Shown here piece after piece: positions 53,148 to 63,450 of a stretch of DNA of 64,000 nt. Below the pieces are notes generated by a model. That model searched no databases and was not told the DNA's origin. It saw only the letters and a program-made list of their open reading frames with translations. Within the stretch, counting starts at the first letter, position 1. The number at the start of each line of letters is the position of its first letter. Both the position numbers and the translations under genes were made by a program. Location of the stretch: assembly GCA_029227655.1 (NCBI GenBank), contig JAQYAI010000006.1, positions 2,098 to 66,097 on the forward strand, in the 5' to 3' direction. The stretch is from a bacterium. Lineage in GTDB: Bacteria; Bacillota; Clostridia; Lachnospirales; Lachnospiraceae.

Positions 53148-53636
53148 ATGAATTTAATCGTAGCAGTAGATAAGAACTGGGCAATCGGAAAAGATAATAA
53201 ATTGCTTGTAAGTATTCCCGCAGATATGAAGTTCTTCAGAGAGACCACAAAGGGAAATATTGTTGTGATGGGAAGAAAGACTCTGGAAAGTTTTCCACAG
53301 GGACAGCCATTGCAGAATAGAGTAAATATCGTAATTTCACGGAATAAAGATTATAAGGTGAAAGGTGCAGTTGTCGTACACAGTATTGAAGAAGCGATAG
53401 AAGAAGCAAAGAAATATGAAGGTGATGTTTATGTGATAGGTGGGGAAAGCATTTACCGTGCAATGCTTCCATACTGTCAGACGGCGCTTGTGACAAAAAT
53501 CGACCACGCATATACAGCAGATACTTATTTCCCAAATCTGGATGAAGATCCAGAGTGGGAACTTACAGGAGAAACAGAAGAACAGACATATTTTGATCTG
53601 GAATATGTTTTTAGAAGGTATGAAAGAATAAAATAA
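53148..53636 (+). CDS. folA: dihydrofolate reductase
   Basis: LIVAVD, DMKFFR, MGRKT, IGGESIY and ADTYFP motifs. Confidence 0.95.
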   Translation: MNLIVAVDKNWAIGKDNKLLVSIPADMKFFRETTKGNIVVMGRKTLESFPQGQPLQNRVNIVISRNKDYKVKGAVVVHSIEEAIEEAKKYEGDVYVIGGESIYRAMLPYCQTALVTKIDHAYTADTYFPNLDEDPEWELTGETEEQTYFDLEYVFRRYERIK

Positions 53637-53662
53637 ATCAAGAAGATATGCAAAATCAGTCA

Positions 53663-53691
53663 TTGACATCATGATATAACGAAAGTATAAT
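53663..53691 (+). promoter_or_regulatory. sigmaA promoter of the ilvBN-ilvE operon
   Basis: perfect TTGACA-17 bp-TATAAT. Confidence 0.88.
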
Positions 53692-53710
53692 GAGAACAAT
53701 TAGTCAGACA

Positions 53711-53982
53711 AAAGCGATGATAAGGAGGAGTACATAATTTCTGTAAGCAAAGAGAGAAGGCGGCTGGTGTAAGCCTTTGAGAGGAAGTTATGGAAGTAGC
53801 CTTTGAGCAGCAAACCCAACGGACAATCATCATGTCTTAGTAGACTTTGACGTAGTCCCTACGTTACAGGGGAGACATATAAGCGGCGGCTTGTATGAGC
53901 AGAGTGCAGAGGAGTGATCCTTTGAATTTAGGTGGTAACACGGATTTTATTCGCCCTAAGCTTTTTGGCTTAGGGTTTTTTT
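53711..53982 (+). promoter_or_regulatory. T-box riboswitch, Val (GUA) specifier
   Basis: AGTA, AGAGA and GGTG stem I motifs; GAA-GTA-G with codon at 53796-53798; T-box AATTTAGGTGGTAACACG 53925-53942; terminator GCCCTAAGC/GCTTAGGGT plus T-run 53953-53982. Confidence 0.92.
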
Positions 53983-54014
53983 GTGAATAATCTTATGAAC
54001 GTGGAGGTAATGAT

Positions 54015-55748
54015 ATGAAGAAAATTTCTGGGAACAAATTATTAGTGAAAGCTTTAAGAGAAGAAAATGTAGATATTCTTTTTGGTTATCCGGGAGCATG
54101 TACCATTGATTTATGTGATGAAATTTATAAACAGGATTTTACAAAAGTAATTCTTCCAAGACATGAGCAGGCGCTGGTTCATGCAGCCGATGCATATGCA
54201 AGAACAACAGGAAAAGTTGGTGTTTGCCTTGTGACAAGTGGACCGGGAGCAACGAACCTTGTAACAGGTCTTGCAAATGCAAATTATGACAGTGTTCCTC
54301 TCGTGTGTTTCACAGGGCAGGTTCCAAGAAATCTGATTGGGAATGATGCCTTCCAGGAGGTAGATATTGTTGGTATTACAAGAAGTATCACAAAATGGGG
54401 TGTGACAGTTCGCAATAGAGAAGATCTGGGACGTATCGTAAAGGAGGCCTTTTATATTGCAAGAACAGGGCGTCCGGGTCCGGTATTGATTGACCTCCCA
54501 AAAGATGTGATGGCAGAACTTGGAGATTCTGAATATCCTGCAAATGTACATATCAGAGGTTATAAGCCTCCAATGACTGTACATATTGGCCAGTTAAAAC
54601 GGGCAATCAAGATGCTTGGCAAAGCGAAAAAACCTTTATTTCTTGCAGGTGGCGGTGTAAATATCGCAGGTGCGAATAAAGAGTTCAGAGAATTGGTAGA
54701 AAAAACCGGAATCCCAGTGGTAACTACCATTATGGGACGAGGTGCAATCCCTACAGATCATCCGTTATTTATCGGAAATCTTGGTATGCATGGGGCATAT
54801 GCGTCGAATATGGCAGTGGCAGAATGTGATCTTCTCTTTTCAATCGGAACAAGATTTAATGACCGAATCACTGGAAAATTACACGCATTTGCACCAAATG
54901 CGCAGATCGTTCATATTGACATTGATACAGCATCTATTTCCAGAAATATTCATGTTGATGTTCCAATCGTTGCTGATGCGAAAGAAGCACTTATCAGACT
55001 GGTAGAATATGTGGATCCATCCATTCAGACAAGTGAAGAATGGCTTGCAGAAATTAAAGCATGGGATGAAGAACATCCATTAAAAATGAAAGAAAAGCAT
55101 ACAGTAATGCAACCACAGGATATTCTCGATGGACTGAATGAAGTATTTAAAGAGGATGATAAAATCGTTGTAACAGACGTAGGACAGCATCAGATGTTCA
55201 CATCACAATATCTGGAAGTAAATGAAAAGACACAGATGGTCACATCTGGTGGGCTTGGAACGATGGGATTTGGATTCCCGGGAGCTGTGGGAGCACAAAT
55301 CGGCAATCCAGAAAAGACAGTTATCGCTATTTCCGGCGATGGAGGAATGCAGATGAACATTCAGGAATTTGCGACAGCAGTTCTGGAAGAATTGCCGCTG
55401 ATCCTTTGTGTATTTAATAATACCTATCTGGGAATGGTTCGTCAGTGGCAGAAATTATTTTATGGAAAACGTTATTCGATGACAGACCTGATGTCTGGTG
55501 CCGCCACAAGAAGAGGGGACGAAAGACCGCCGAAATACACACCTGATTTTGTAAAATTAGCAGAAAGTTATGGTGCAAAAGGAATGCGTGTTGAGAAGAT
55601 GGAAGATATCAGACCAGCATTCGAACAGGCAAAGAAGAACCGTGAATTAAAAGTACCGACATTGATTGAATTTATGCTGGATCCGGAAGAATTAGTATAT
55701 CCAATGGTAAAACCGGGTGGTACATTAGAAGAAATGATCATGGGTTAA
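54015..55748 (+). CDS. ilvB: acetolactate synthase large subunit (copy 2)
   Basis: FGYPGA, RHEQ, TSGPGATN, DVGQHQM and GDGGMQMN motifs. Confidence 0.95.
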   Translation: MKKISGNKLLVKALREENVDILFGYPGACTIDLCDEIYKQDFTKVILPRHEQALVHAADAYARTTGKVGVCLVTSGPGATNLVTGLANANYDSVPLVCFTGQVPRNLIGNDAFQEVDIVGITRSITKWGVTVRNREDLGRIVKEAFYIARTGRPGPVLIDLPKDVMAELGDSEYPANVHIRGYKPPMTVHIGQLKRAIKMLGKAKKPLFLAGGGVNIAGANKEFRELVEKTGIPVVTTIMGRGAIPTDHPLFIGNLGMHGAYASNMAVAECDLLFSIGTRFNDRITGKLHAFAPNAQIVHIDIDTASISRNIHVDVPIVADAKEALIRLVEYVDPSIQTSEEWLAEIKAWDEEHPLKMKEKHTVMQPQDILDGLNEVFKEDDKIVVTDVGQHQMFTSQYLEVNEKTQMVTSGGLGTMGFGFPGAVGAQIGNPEKTVIAISGDGGMQMNIQEFATAVLEELPLILCVFNNTYLGMVRQWQKLFYGKRYSMTDLMSGAATRRGDERPPKYTPDFVKLAESYGAKGMRVEKMEDIRPAFEQAKKNRELKVPTLIEFMLDPEELVYPMVKPGGTLEEMIMG

Positions 55749-55766
55749 GAAAGGGGAGATATTGAT

Positions 55767-56264
55767 ATGAAGAAGAGATGGATTTCCTTATTTGTAGAAA
55801 ATGAAATAGGTGTTCTTGCCAAGATTTCCGGATTATTTGCAGCAAAATGCTACAATCTTGAAAGTTTAACGGTAGGAACAACTGAAGACCCGACGGTATC
55901 GCGTATGACGATTGCTACGATGTGTGATGATGAAACATATGAACAGATTACAAAACAGCTGAATAGAATGGTAGAAGTCATTAAAGTCATTGATTTCACA
56001 GAAGTTTCGGTCGTAATGCAGGAACTGATGTTTATCAAGATCAGAAACTGTACGCCGGAAGACAAGACAGAAATTTTTCAGATCGCACAGGCATATCAGA
56101 TGAAAGTCCGAGATTATGGAAGAGATTGCATTCTTTTAGAATCTGTACATACAGCACATAAGAATACAGCAATTATTCAGTTCCTGAAGAACGAGTTCCA
56201 TTCGATTGAAGTAGTACGAGGCGGAACCGTTGGGATTGAAGCAGTAACATTACCTAAGAGATAA
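55767..56264 (+). CDS. ilvN: acetolactate synthase small subunit
   Basis: ACT domain ENEIGVLAKISGLF..NLESL..QITKQLN. Confidence 0.9.
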   Translation: MKKRWISLFVENEIGVLAKISGLFAAKCYNLESLTVGTTEDPTVSRMTIATMCDDETYEQITKQLNRMVEVIKVIDFTEVSVVMQELMFIKIRNCTPEDKTEIFQIAQAYQMKVRDYGRDCILLESVHTAHKNTAIIQFLKNEFHSIEVVRGGTVGIEAVTLPKR

Positions 56265-56292
56265 GACGGAAAGGGAAAGACAGGAGGAATTT

Positions 56293-57321
56293 ATGATGGA
56301 AAAGAAACAGATTGACTGGGCAAATATTGGATTTGGCTATATGAAGACAGATTACCGTTATGTGTCTAATTATAAAAATGGGGCATGGGGCGAAGGTGGT
56401 CTCACAACAGATGACACGATCACAATGAGCGAATGTGCGGGTGTTCTTCAGTATGCACAGACTGTATTTGAAGGATTAAAAGCATATACAACAGAAGACG
56501 GGCATATTGTAATGTTCCGTCCGGATCTTAATGCAGCACGTATGGTAGACTCGGCAAAAAGACTTGAAATGCCTCCATTTCCAGAAGAACGTTTTCTGGA
56601 AGCAGTAACAGAAGTGGTAAAAGCGAATGCAGCCTACGTTCCGCCATATGGCTCTGGTGCATCTTTGTATATCCGTCCATATATGTTCGGAACAAATCCT
56701 GTGATTGGAGTGAAACCAGCAGATGAATATCAGTTCCGTACTTTTGTAACACCAGTAGGACCATATTTCAAGGGCGGTGCAAAACCAATTACGATTAAAG
56801 TTTCTGATTTTGACCGTGCCGCACCGCATGGAACAGGTCACATCAAGGCAGGCCTTAACTATGCCATGAGTTTACATGCTATTGTAACAGCACATGAAGA
56901 AGGATTTGCAGAAAATATGTATCTGGATGCTGCTACAAGAACAAAAGTAGAAGAAACAGGTGGAGCAAACTTCATTTTTGTTACGAAAGACAATAAAGTC
57001 GTTACTCCAAAATCAGACAGTATCCTTCCATCCATCACTAGAAGATCGATCCTCCATGTTGCAAAAGAATACTTGGGACTGGAAGTAGAAGAAAGAGAAG
57101 TTTTCTTTGATGAGGTGAAAGATTTCGCAGAATGTGGTCTTTGTGGTACAGCAGCAGTTATTTCTCCAGTAGGAAAGATTGTAGACCATGGCACAGAAAT
57201 CTGCCTTCCAAGCGGAATGGAGGAAATGGGTCGGGTCACAAAGAGATTATATGAAACATTAACTGGAATCCAGATGGGAAGAATTGAAGCTCCAGAAGGA
57301 TGGATCAAGGTGGTAGAATAA
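56293..57321 (+). CDS. ilvE: branched-chain amino acid aminotransferase
   Basis: LQYAQTVFEGLKAY, LYIRP, KAGLNYA and ILPSITR motifs. Confidence 0.95.
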   Translation: MMEKKQIDWANIGFGYMKTDYRYVSNYKNGAWGEGGLTTDDTITMSECAGVLQYAQTVFEGLKAYTTEDGHIVMFRPDLNAARMVDSAKRLEMPPFPEERFLEAVTEVVKANAAYVPPYGSGASLYIRPYMFGTNPVIGVKPADEYQFRTFVTPVGPYFKGGAKPITIKVSDFDRAAPHGTGHIKAGLNYAMSLHAIVTAHEEGFAENMYLDAATRTKVEETGGANFIFVTKDNKVVTPKSDSILPSITRRSILHVAKEYLGLEVEEREVFFDEVKDFAECGLCGTAAVISPVGKIVDHGTEICLPSGMEEMGRVTKRLYETLTGIQMGRIEAPEGWIKVVE

Positions 57322-57956
57322 TGAATCAGAATATTGTAAAGCGTAATGGACTTCTCGCACAGAAGATGATAAGGGAGCTGGAAAGTCGTAATATGGAAGC
57401 ATATTATGCAACTTCTAAGGAAGAAGCACTTCAAAAAGCATTGGAACTGATTCCAGAGGGAAGTTCAGTTACATGGGGTGGCTCCATGAGTATTCAGGAA
57501 ATTGGACTCACAAAAGCACTTCACGAAGGAAACTATGAAGTGTTCGACAGAGATCTTGCAAAAACGCCGGAAGAGAAACATGAGATTGCATTAAAGGCAT
57601 TTGATACAGATTTTTTCCTTGCAAGTGCAAATGCTATTAGTGAAGATGGTGTGATTGTAAATATTGATGGAAGGGCGAACCGTGTGGCTGCGATTGCATT
57701 TGGACCAAGAAATGTCCTCATGATTGTTGGAATGAACAAAGTCGTGAAGACAGAGGCTGATGCGATGGTACGCGCAAAAGAAATTGCAGCGCCGATCAAT
57801 GCCCAGCGCTTTGGGAAAACTCCTTGTGCAGTCACAGGAAGCTGTTCTCTTTGTAAATCATCAGGATGTATCTGTTGCCAGACAATGATTACAAGATTTA
57901 GCCTGGAGCCAAAACGAATCAAGGTAATTCTTGTGAATGATAATTTAGGTTTTTAA
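57321..57956 (+). CDS. LUD-domain (lactate utilization LutB/C-like) protein
   Basis: WGGSMS, SANAIS, NIDGRANRVA and VGMNK motifs; Cys-rich tail. Confidence 0.82.
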   Translation: MNQNIVKRNGLLAQKMIRELESRNMEAYYATSKEEALQKALELIPEGSSVTWGGSMSIQEIGLTKALHEGNYEVFDRDLAKTPEEKHEIALKAFDTDFFLASANAISEDGVIVNIDGRANRVAAIAFGPRNVLMIVGMNKVVKTEADAMVRAKEIAAPINAQRFGKTPCAVTGSCSLCKSSGCICCQTMITRFSLEPKRIKVILVNDNLGF

Positions 57957-57962
57957 ATGTTT

Positions 57963-57996
57963 GAGTCGATTCCCGAAAGGGAGTCGGCTCTATTTT
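57963..57996 (+). terminator. terminator-like hairpin
   Basis: GAGTCGATTCCC-GAAA-GGGAGTCGGCTC followed by TATTTT. Confidence 0.7.
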
Positions 57997-58015
57997 CGGG
58001 TAGGAGGAACTTTTT

Positions 58016-58936
58016 GTGTTATTATTACAACAAATGATCGTGCTTTTCATTTATATGATGATTGGGTATGCAGCGTGCAAAAAGGGATATTTGGATGAGG
58101 TGGCGAGCAGCAAACTTTCATGGATTGTTGTAAATGTGGCAAATCCAATGCTGGCCATTTCGGCAGCAGTGAATGGAGATGGTAAGATTCAGGGAATAGA
58201 ACTATTGATGACATTTGGAATTGCGGTGCTGATGTTTGGCTCCTTTATGGTTTTTGCTAAAATCTTACCAAAAGTACTTTGTGTAGAAGAAGAGGAGGTT
58301 GCATTTTACAAGCTGATGACCGTGTTTAATAATATGGGATTTATGGGATTTCCGGTAATTGCCGCGGCATATGGAAAAAATGCTCTTCTTTATGCTTCCA
58401 TTTTTATCTTACCATTTAATGTATTATTTTACACGTATGGAATCAAGGTAATAGATAAGAATAAAAGCAGTAAATTTGAGTGGAAAAAAGTCTGCAATGT
58501 GGGAGTGCTTGCCTGTATTGTGGCGTCGATATTATATCTATCTAAAATGCCGGTACCACAATTCGTAAAAAGCGTTTCTGAGGGATTAGGAAATTTGAAT
58601 GGACCACTCAGTATGATGGTGACAGGAATCGCATTTGCTAAGATTCGAATTCGGGATTTGTTTACGGATGCAAAACTAATAATATTTGCTATGATAAAAT
58701 TATTGGTCATTCCCATTCTGGGAACTTTGTTCTTAAGACAATTCATTCATAATGAAATTTTATGTGGTGTAGTCATGATCATTATGGCGACTCCAGTTGC
58801 TAGTATGACACTGATGCTTGCAAAAGAGACGTGTGATAATTGTGAAACCATAGTAAAAGGTATTTCGCTGACGACTCTTTTGTCAGTGGTGACGATTCCG
58901 CTGGTGTCAGCAATTACTTCTCTTTTCATTCTTTAA
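58016..58936 (+). CDS. AEC family (auxin efflux carrier-like) transporter
   Basis: about 10 TM helices; NMGFMGFPV, PLSMMVTG and TTLLSVVTIP motifs. Confidence 0.88.
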   Translation: MLLLQQMIVLFIYMMIGYAACKKGYLDEVASSKLSWIVVNVANPMLAISAAVNGDGKIQGIELLMTFGIAVLMFGSFMVFAKILPKVLCVEEEEVAFYKLMTVFNNMGFMGFPVIAAAYGKNALLYASIFILPFNVLFYTYGIKVIDKNKSSKFEWKKVCNVGVLACIVASILYLSKMPVPQFVKSVSEGLGNLNGPLSMMVTGIAFAKIRIRDLFTDAKLIIFAMIKLLVIPILGTLFLRQFIHNEILCGVVMIIMATPVASMTLMLAKETCDNCETIVKGISLTTLLSVVTIPLVSAITSLFIL

Positions 58937-58987
58937 AAATCATGTTATACTTAAGAGCAATGGAAATTATCAGGAAGGAGAATATCT

Positions 58988-59740
58988 TTGGAGGCATATA
59001 CAAGTTTTGCGCGGGTGTACGATACCTTCATGGACAACATTCCTTACGAGGAGTGGGGAAAGTATCTAACCGCATTATTAAAAGAATATAACGTAACAGA
59101 CGGGCTTGTGCTTGATCTTGGATGTGGAACCGGAACAATGACAGAACTTCTGGCGTCAAAGGGGTATGACATGATCGGAGTCGATTACTCTGAGGATATG
59201 CTGGAAATCGCCATGGAAAAGCGGGAAGCATCTGGGCATGATATCTTGTATCTTCTTCAGGATATGAGAGAATTTGAACTATATGGAACTGTTCGCGCGG
59301 TAGTCAGCATCTGCGATTCCGTAAATTATATTACAGAGGAAGAGGATCTTGAGGAAGTTTTTCGGCTTGTAAATAATTATCTTGATCCAAAAGGGGTATT
59401 TATTTTCGATTTCAAGACACTTTATAATTATCAGACGATTCTTGGGGACAGAACAATTGCAGAAAAGCGGGAAGAGTGCAGTTTTATCTGGGATAATTAT
59501 TATTATGAAGATGAAAAGATCAACGAATATGAGTTGACATTATTTATTCAGGATGAAGGAGATATGTATCGCAAATTTGAAGAAATTCATTACCAGAAGG
59601 CATATACTCTGGAAGAAATGATTCGTTTTGTGAAAGCGTCAGGACTTGAATTCGTTGCAGCATACGATGCATTTACAAAGAATGCACCTGACGAAAAGAG
59701 CGAGCGAATCTACATTGTTGCCCGCGAAAATGGAAAATAA
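58988..59740 (+). CDS. class I SAM-dependent methyltransferase
   Basis: FARVYD, LDLGCGTG, QDMREF and CDSVNY motifs. Confidence 0.9.
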   Translation: MEAYTSFARVYDTFMDNIPYEEWGKYLTALLKEYNVTDGLVLDLGCGTGTMTELLASKGYDMIGVDYSEDMLEIAMEKREASGHDILYLLQDMREFELYGTVRAVVSICDSVNYITEEEDLEEVFRLVNNYLDPKGVFIFDFKTLYNYQTILGDRTIAEKREECSFIWDNYYYEDEKINEYELTLFIQDEGDMYRKFEEIHYQKAYTLEEMIRFVKASGLEFVAAYDAFTKNAPDEKSERIYIVARENGK

Positions 59741-59753
59741 GGAGATTTTACTG

Positions 59754-60632
59754 ATGAAAGATTATATTGTAAGAGCAACTGCAGGAGAGGGACAGGTCCG
59801 CGCTTTTGCAGCAACAACAAGAGAACTTGTGGAAGAAGCGAGAGGACGTCACAATACGAGTCCGGTGGCAACGGCAGCACTTGGAAGACTTCTGACGGCC
59901 GGAACTATGATGGGAAGTATGATGAAAAATGATACAGATGTGCTTACTCTACAGATCAAGGCAGACGGACCGCTTGCAGGAATTACCGTAACAGCTGATG
60001 CAAATGGAAATGTAAAGGGATATGTAGAAAATCCGGATGTCGTGATTCCACCAAAGAATGGAAAACTGGATGTAGGCGGCGCTGTTGGAATCGGGTTATT
60101 AAATGTCATCAAAGATATGGGGCTGAAAGAACCATATGTTGGACAGACCATTCTTGTGACAAGCGAAATCGCAGAAGACCTGACTTATTATTTTGCAAAC
60201 AGTGAGCAGGTTCCTTCTTCTGTGGGACTTGGTGTATTAATGAACAAAGATAATACGGTCCGCTGTGCAGGTGGATTTATCGTTCAGGTAATGCCGTTTG
60301 TAACAGATGAAGTACTGAATAAATTAGAAGAAAACATTAAGAAAATTTGTTCTGTAACAAGTATGCTTGATGCAGGAGATACTCCGGAACAGATGCTGGG
60401 ACATGTACTTGATGGTCTTGACATGGTAGTGACAGATACGCTGGAAACAAAATTTGCATGCAACTGTTCACATGAACGTATTGAAAAAGCAATCATCAGT
60501 GTTGGAAAAAAAGATATTCAGGAAATGATCGATGCAGGCGAAGAAGTGGAAGTAAAATGCCATTTTTGTAACACAGCATACAAATTTACGGTTGAGGAAT
60601 TAAAAGGAATTTTAAAACGCGCAAAGAGATAA
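59754..60632 (+). CDS. hslO: Hsp33 redox-regulated chaperone
   Basis: DYIVRA, ALGRLLTA and SEQVPS motifs; CNC...CHFC Zn site. Confidence 0.95.
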   Translation: MKDYIVRATAGEGQVRAFAATTRELVEEARGRHNTSPVATAALGRLLTAGTMMGSMMKNDTDVLTLQIKADGPLAGITVTADANGNVKGYVENPDVVIPPKNGKLDVGGAVGIGLLNVIKDMGLKEPYVGQTILVTSEIAEDLTYYFANSEQVPSSVGLGVLMNKDNTVRCAGGFIVQVMPFVTDEVLNKLEENIKKICSVTSMLDAGDTPEQMLGHVLDGLDMVVTDTLETKFACNCSHERIEKAIISVGKKDIQEMIDAGEEVEVKCHFCNTAYKFTVEELKGILKRAKR

Positions 60633-60644
60633 AGAGGTGTGCAT

Positions 60645-62555
60645 ATGAAACATGGATTTGTGAAAGTAGCGGCAGTTACACCAAATATCCGCGTAGCAGA
60701 TGTCTGGTATAACTGTGATGAGATCTGCACTCAGATGAAAGAGGCGGAAGAGGAAGGTGCTAAGATTATCGTCTTTCCGGAATTATGTATTACGGGATAT
60801 ACATGTGGAGATCTGTTTACACAGAACGTGCTGTTAAGAGAGACGAGAAAAGCAGTTTTGAAAATAGCAGAAGAGACACGTGGAACAGGAACACTCGTAT
60901 TTGTTGGAATGCCGCTGGAAGTAGACGGAGAACTCTATAACGCCTGCGCTGCACTTAATAATGGAAAGATTCTTGGGTTTACAACAAAAACATTTTTGCC
61001 TAATTATGCAGAATTTTATGAAATGCGTCAGTTTCGTCCAGGTCCTGATAAGGCGCGCACTATTGTATTTGAAGATGAAGAAGTTATGTTTGGACCACAG
61101 ATTTTATATCAGGCAGACAGTATGCCTGAGCTTATTGTATCGGCAGAGATCTGTGAGGATGTATGGTCGCCGATTCCGCCAAGCATTCAATCTGCAAGAG
61201 AAGGTGCAGTGATTATTGTAAACTGTTCTGCAAGTGATGAGACAGTCGGAAAGGACAGTTACCGCAGGAAACTGATCAGCGGACAGGCAGCCAGACTCAT
61301 CGCAGGCTATATATATGCAAATGCTGGAGAAGGCGAATCCACGACAGATGTGGTATTTGGCGGGCACAATCTTATTGCAGAAAATGGAACTATTTTAAAA
61401 GAAGCGAAACGTTTCACCAATGAGACGATTTACAGTGAAATAGATATTCACAGACTGATCAGTGAGAGAAGAAAGAATACAACGTTCCAGAATGCCAAGG
61501 AGCGTGTTCTGCCAAAGATTTTATTTAAAATGAATGCAGGACGCACGATGATTACCAGGAAATTTTCGCCGACTCCATTTGTTCCGCAGGATAAAGAAGA
61601 ACGAGAAAAGCGGTGTGAAGAAATTCTCACGATTCAGGCGATGGGTCTTAAGAAACGTATGGTTCATACGAATTCTAAGAAAGCTGTTGTCGGAATTTCA
61701 GGTGGGCTGGATTCGACCCTTGCACTTCTAGTTACAGCCAAAGCATTCGATATGATTGGGAAGAAGCGTTCAGATATCATTGCGGTTACCATGCCGTGCT
61801 TTGGTACAACGGACAGAACCTATCAGAATGCATGCCTGATGGCAAAGAAACTGGGTGCGACCCTCATGGAAGTACCGATTGGTGATGCAGTGATGCAACA
61901 TTTCCACGATATTAATCACAGTGAAGAAGACAGAGATGTTACCTATGAAAATGCACAGGCGAGGGAACGTACACAGGTGCTTATGGATATTGCAAACAAA
62001 GAGTGGGGAATGGTAATCGGAACCGGTGACCTGTCAGAGCTGGCGCTTGGCTGGGCTACCTATAACGGAGACCATATGTCTATGTACGGAGTGAATGCCT
62101 CTGTGCCAAAGACTTTGGTAAGATATTTAGTAGCATACTATGCAAATAACTGCGAAGATAAAGAATTGCAGGAGGTTTTGAATGACGTGCTTGCAACCCC
62201 GGTAAGCCCGGAACTTCTGCCACCGGAAGAAGGAGAGATCGCGCAGAAAACAGAAGATCTGGTAGGACCATATGAACTCCATGATTTCTTCCTTTATTAC
62301 ATGATTCGTTTTGGATATGAGCCATCAAAGATTTACCGAATCGCAAGGATGGCATTCTGGGGAGAATATGATGATGAGACAATTCTGAAATGGCTACAGA
62401 CATTTTACAGAAGATTCTTCTCGCAGCAGTTCAAACGCTCCTGTCTGCCGGATGGACCAAAGATTGGATCAGTGGCACTTTCGCCAAGAGGTGACTGGAG
62501 AATGCCAAGCGATGCATGTGTGGCAGTGTGGATGAAAGATCTGGAAGAATTATAA
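60645..62555 (+). CDS. nadE: glutamine-dependent NAD+ synthetase
   Basis: nitrilase domain ([14 protein letters not shown]) plus [15 protein letters not shown] and [11 protein letters not shown] motifs. Confidence 0.95.
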   Translation: MKHGFVKVAAVTPNIRVADVWYNCDEICTQMKEAEEEGAKIIVFPELCITGYTCGDLFTQNVLLRETRKAVLKIAEETRGTGTLVFVGMPLEVDGELYNACAALNNGKILGFTTKTFLPNYAEFYEMRQFRPGPDKARTIVFEDEEVMFGPQILYQADSMPELIVSAEICEDVWSPIPPSIQSAREGAVIIVNCSASDETVGKDSYRRKLISGQAARLIAGYIYANAGEGESTTDVVFGGHNLIAENGTILKEAKRFTNETIYSEIDIHRLISERRKNTTFQNAKERVLPKILFKMNAGRTMITRKFSPTPFVPQDKEEREKRCEEILTIQAMGLKKRMVHTNSKKAVVGISGGLDSTLALLVTAKAFDMIGKKRSDIIAVTMPCFGTTDRTYQNACLMAKKLGATLMEVPIGDAVMQHFHDINHSEEDRDVTYENAQARERTQVLMDIANKEWGMVIGTGDLSELALGWATYNGDHMSMYGVNASVPKTLVRYLVAYYANNCEDKELQEVLNDVLATPVSPELLPPEEGEIAQKTEDLVGPYELHDFFLYYMIRFGYEPSKIYRIARMAFWGEYDDETILKWLQTFYRRFFSQQFKRSCLPDGPKIGSVALSPRGDWRMPSDACVAVWMKDLEEL

Positions 62556-62569
62556 ATATCAGCTATGTA

Positions 62570-62609
62570 AAACGAGTGTTTTGAATGATTATATTCAAAA
62601 CACTCGTTT
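62570..62609. terminator. bidirectional terminator
   Basis: perfect 17-bp inverted repeat AAACGAGTGTTTTGAAT-N6-ATTCAAAACACTCGTTT. Confidence 0.85.
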
Positions 62610-62613
62610 GTGA

Positions 62614-63300
62614 TTATAATTTAAATTTCTTGAACAAATCTCCAAGGCTTGTTCCAATTGCTTCTGCTTCTGGAATTTCAACTGCTTCTTCTGGTTCTTC
62701 TTCAGCTTTTTCTGCTTCAATAAGTAAAGCTTTGATGCTTAAGCTGATCTTTCCATCTTTGATTCCGATTACTTTTACATTAACTTCGTCACCAACTTTA
62801 AGAACCTGATTAGCAGATTTGATTCTCTGATTGCTGATCTGAGAAATGTGAACCAGTCCTGAAAGTCCATTTTCCAGACGGACGAAAGCACCATAACTCT
62901 GAAGAGATTCCACATTTCCTTTTAGTGTGCTTCCGATTTCAACAGAAGCCAGCAATGCCTCTTTTGCTTTCTTTTCTTCTTCCTTTAAGATTTCACGCGC
63001 AGAAAGAACGAGACGGCCTCCTGCCTGGTCAGCTTCGATTACCTTTACATCAACTTCTTTCAATAAATATGACTCTAAGTCATCGATGTAAGAAAGAGAA
63101 AGTCTTGATGCAGGGATAAAACCACGGATGCCTTCCACCATGGCAATTGCTCCACCATTTACAATTCCCTCAATTGTAAGATGAAGCACAGTACCTTCTT
63201 CAAGATAGCGTTTTACAATGTTCCATGGATTAGCGTCATCAAAGTGCGCTTCGTAATCCGCCATTGTTTCTGTGTTTTCCAATAATACTTCTTTTTCCAT
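62614..63300 (-). CDS. S1 RNA-binding protein with two S1 domains (short RpsA-like)
   Basis: RGFIPAS..LVLSAR and YGAFV..GLVHISQIS..ISLSIK; SLGDLF tail; GAGGT RBS before 63300. Confidence 0.88.
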   Translation of the reverse strand: MEKEVLLENTETMADYEAHFDDANPWNIVKRYLEEGTVLHLTIEGIVNGGAIAMVEGIRGFIPASRLSLSYIDDLESYLLKEVDVKVIEADQAGGRLVLSAREILKEEEKKAKEALLASVEIGSTLKGNVESLQSYGAFVRLENGLSGLVHISQISNQRIKSANQVLKVGDEVNVKVIGIKDGKISLSIKALLIEAEKAEEEPEEAVEIPEAEAIGTSLGDLFKKFKL

Positions 63301-63450
63301 AAATACATACCTCATAAATGTAACTATTTGTTCTAAAGTATACCACAAAAATGCCTCAATAGGAACAAAAAGAATTTAAATGGTTTTTCAATGGACGATA
63401 ACTTAAAAAAATGTTATTCTGACATAAGAGAAAAGGATGTGATGTTTGCA

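Noticed and set aside
62570-62609. Perfect 17-bp inverted repeat as a MITE
   Set aside because: Its position between convergent genes and 6-nt loop fit a bidirectional terminator; no second copy seen in the window
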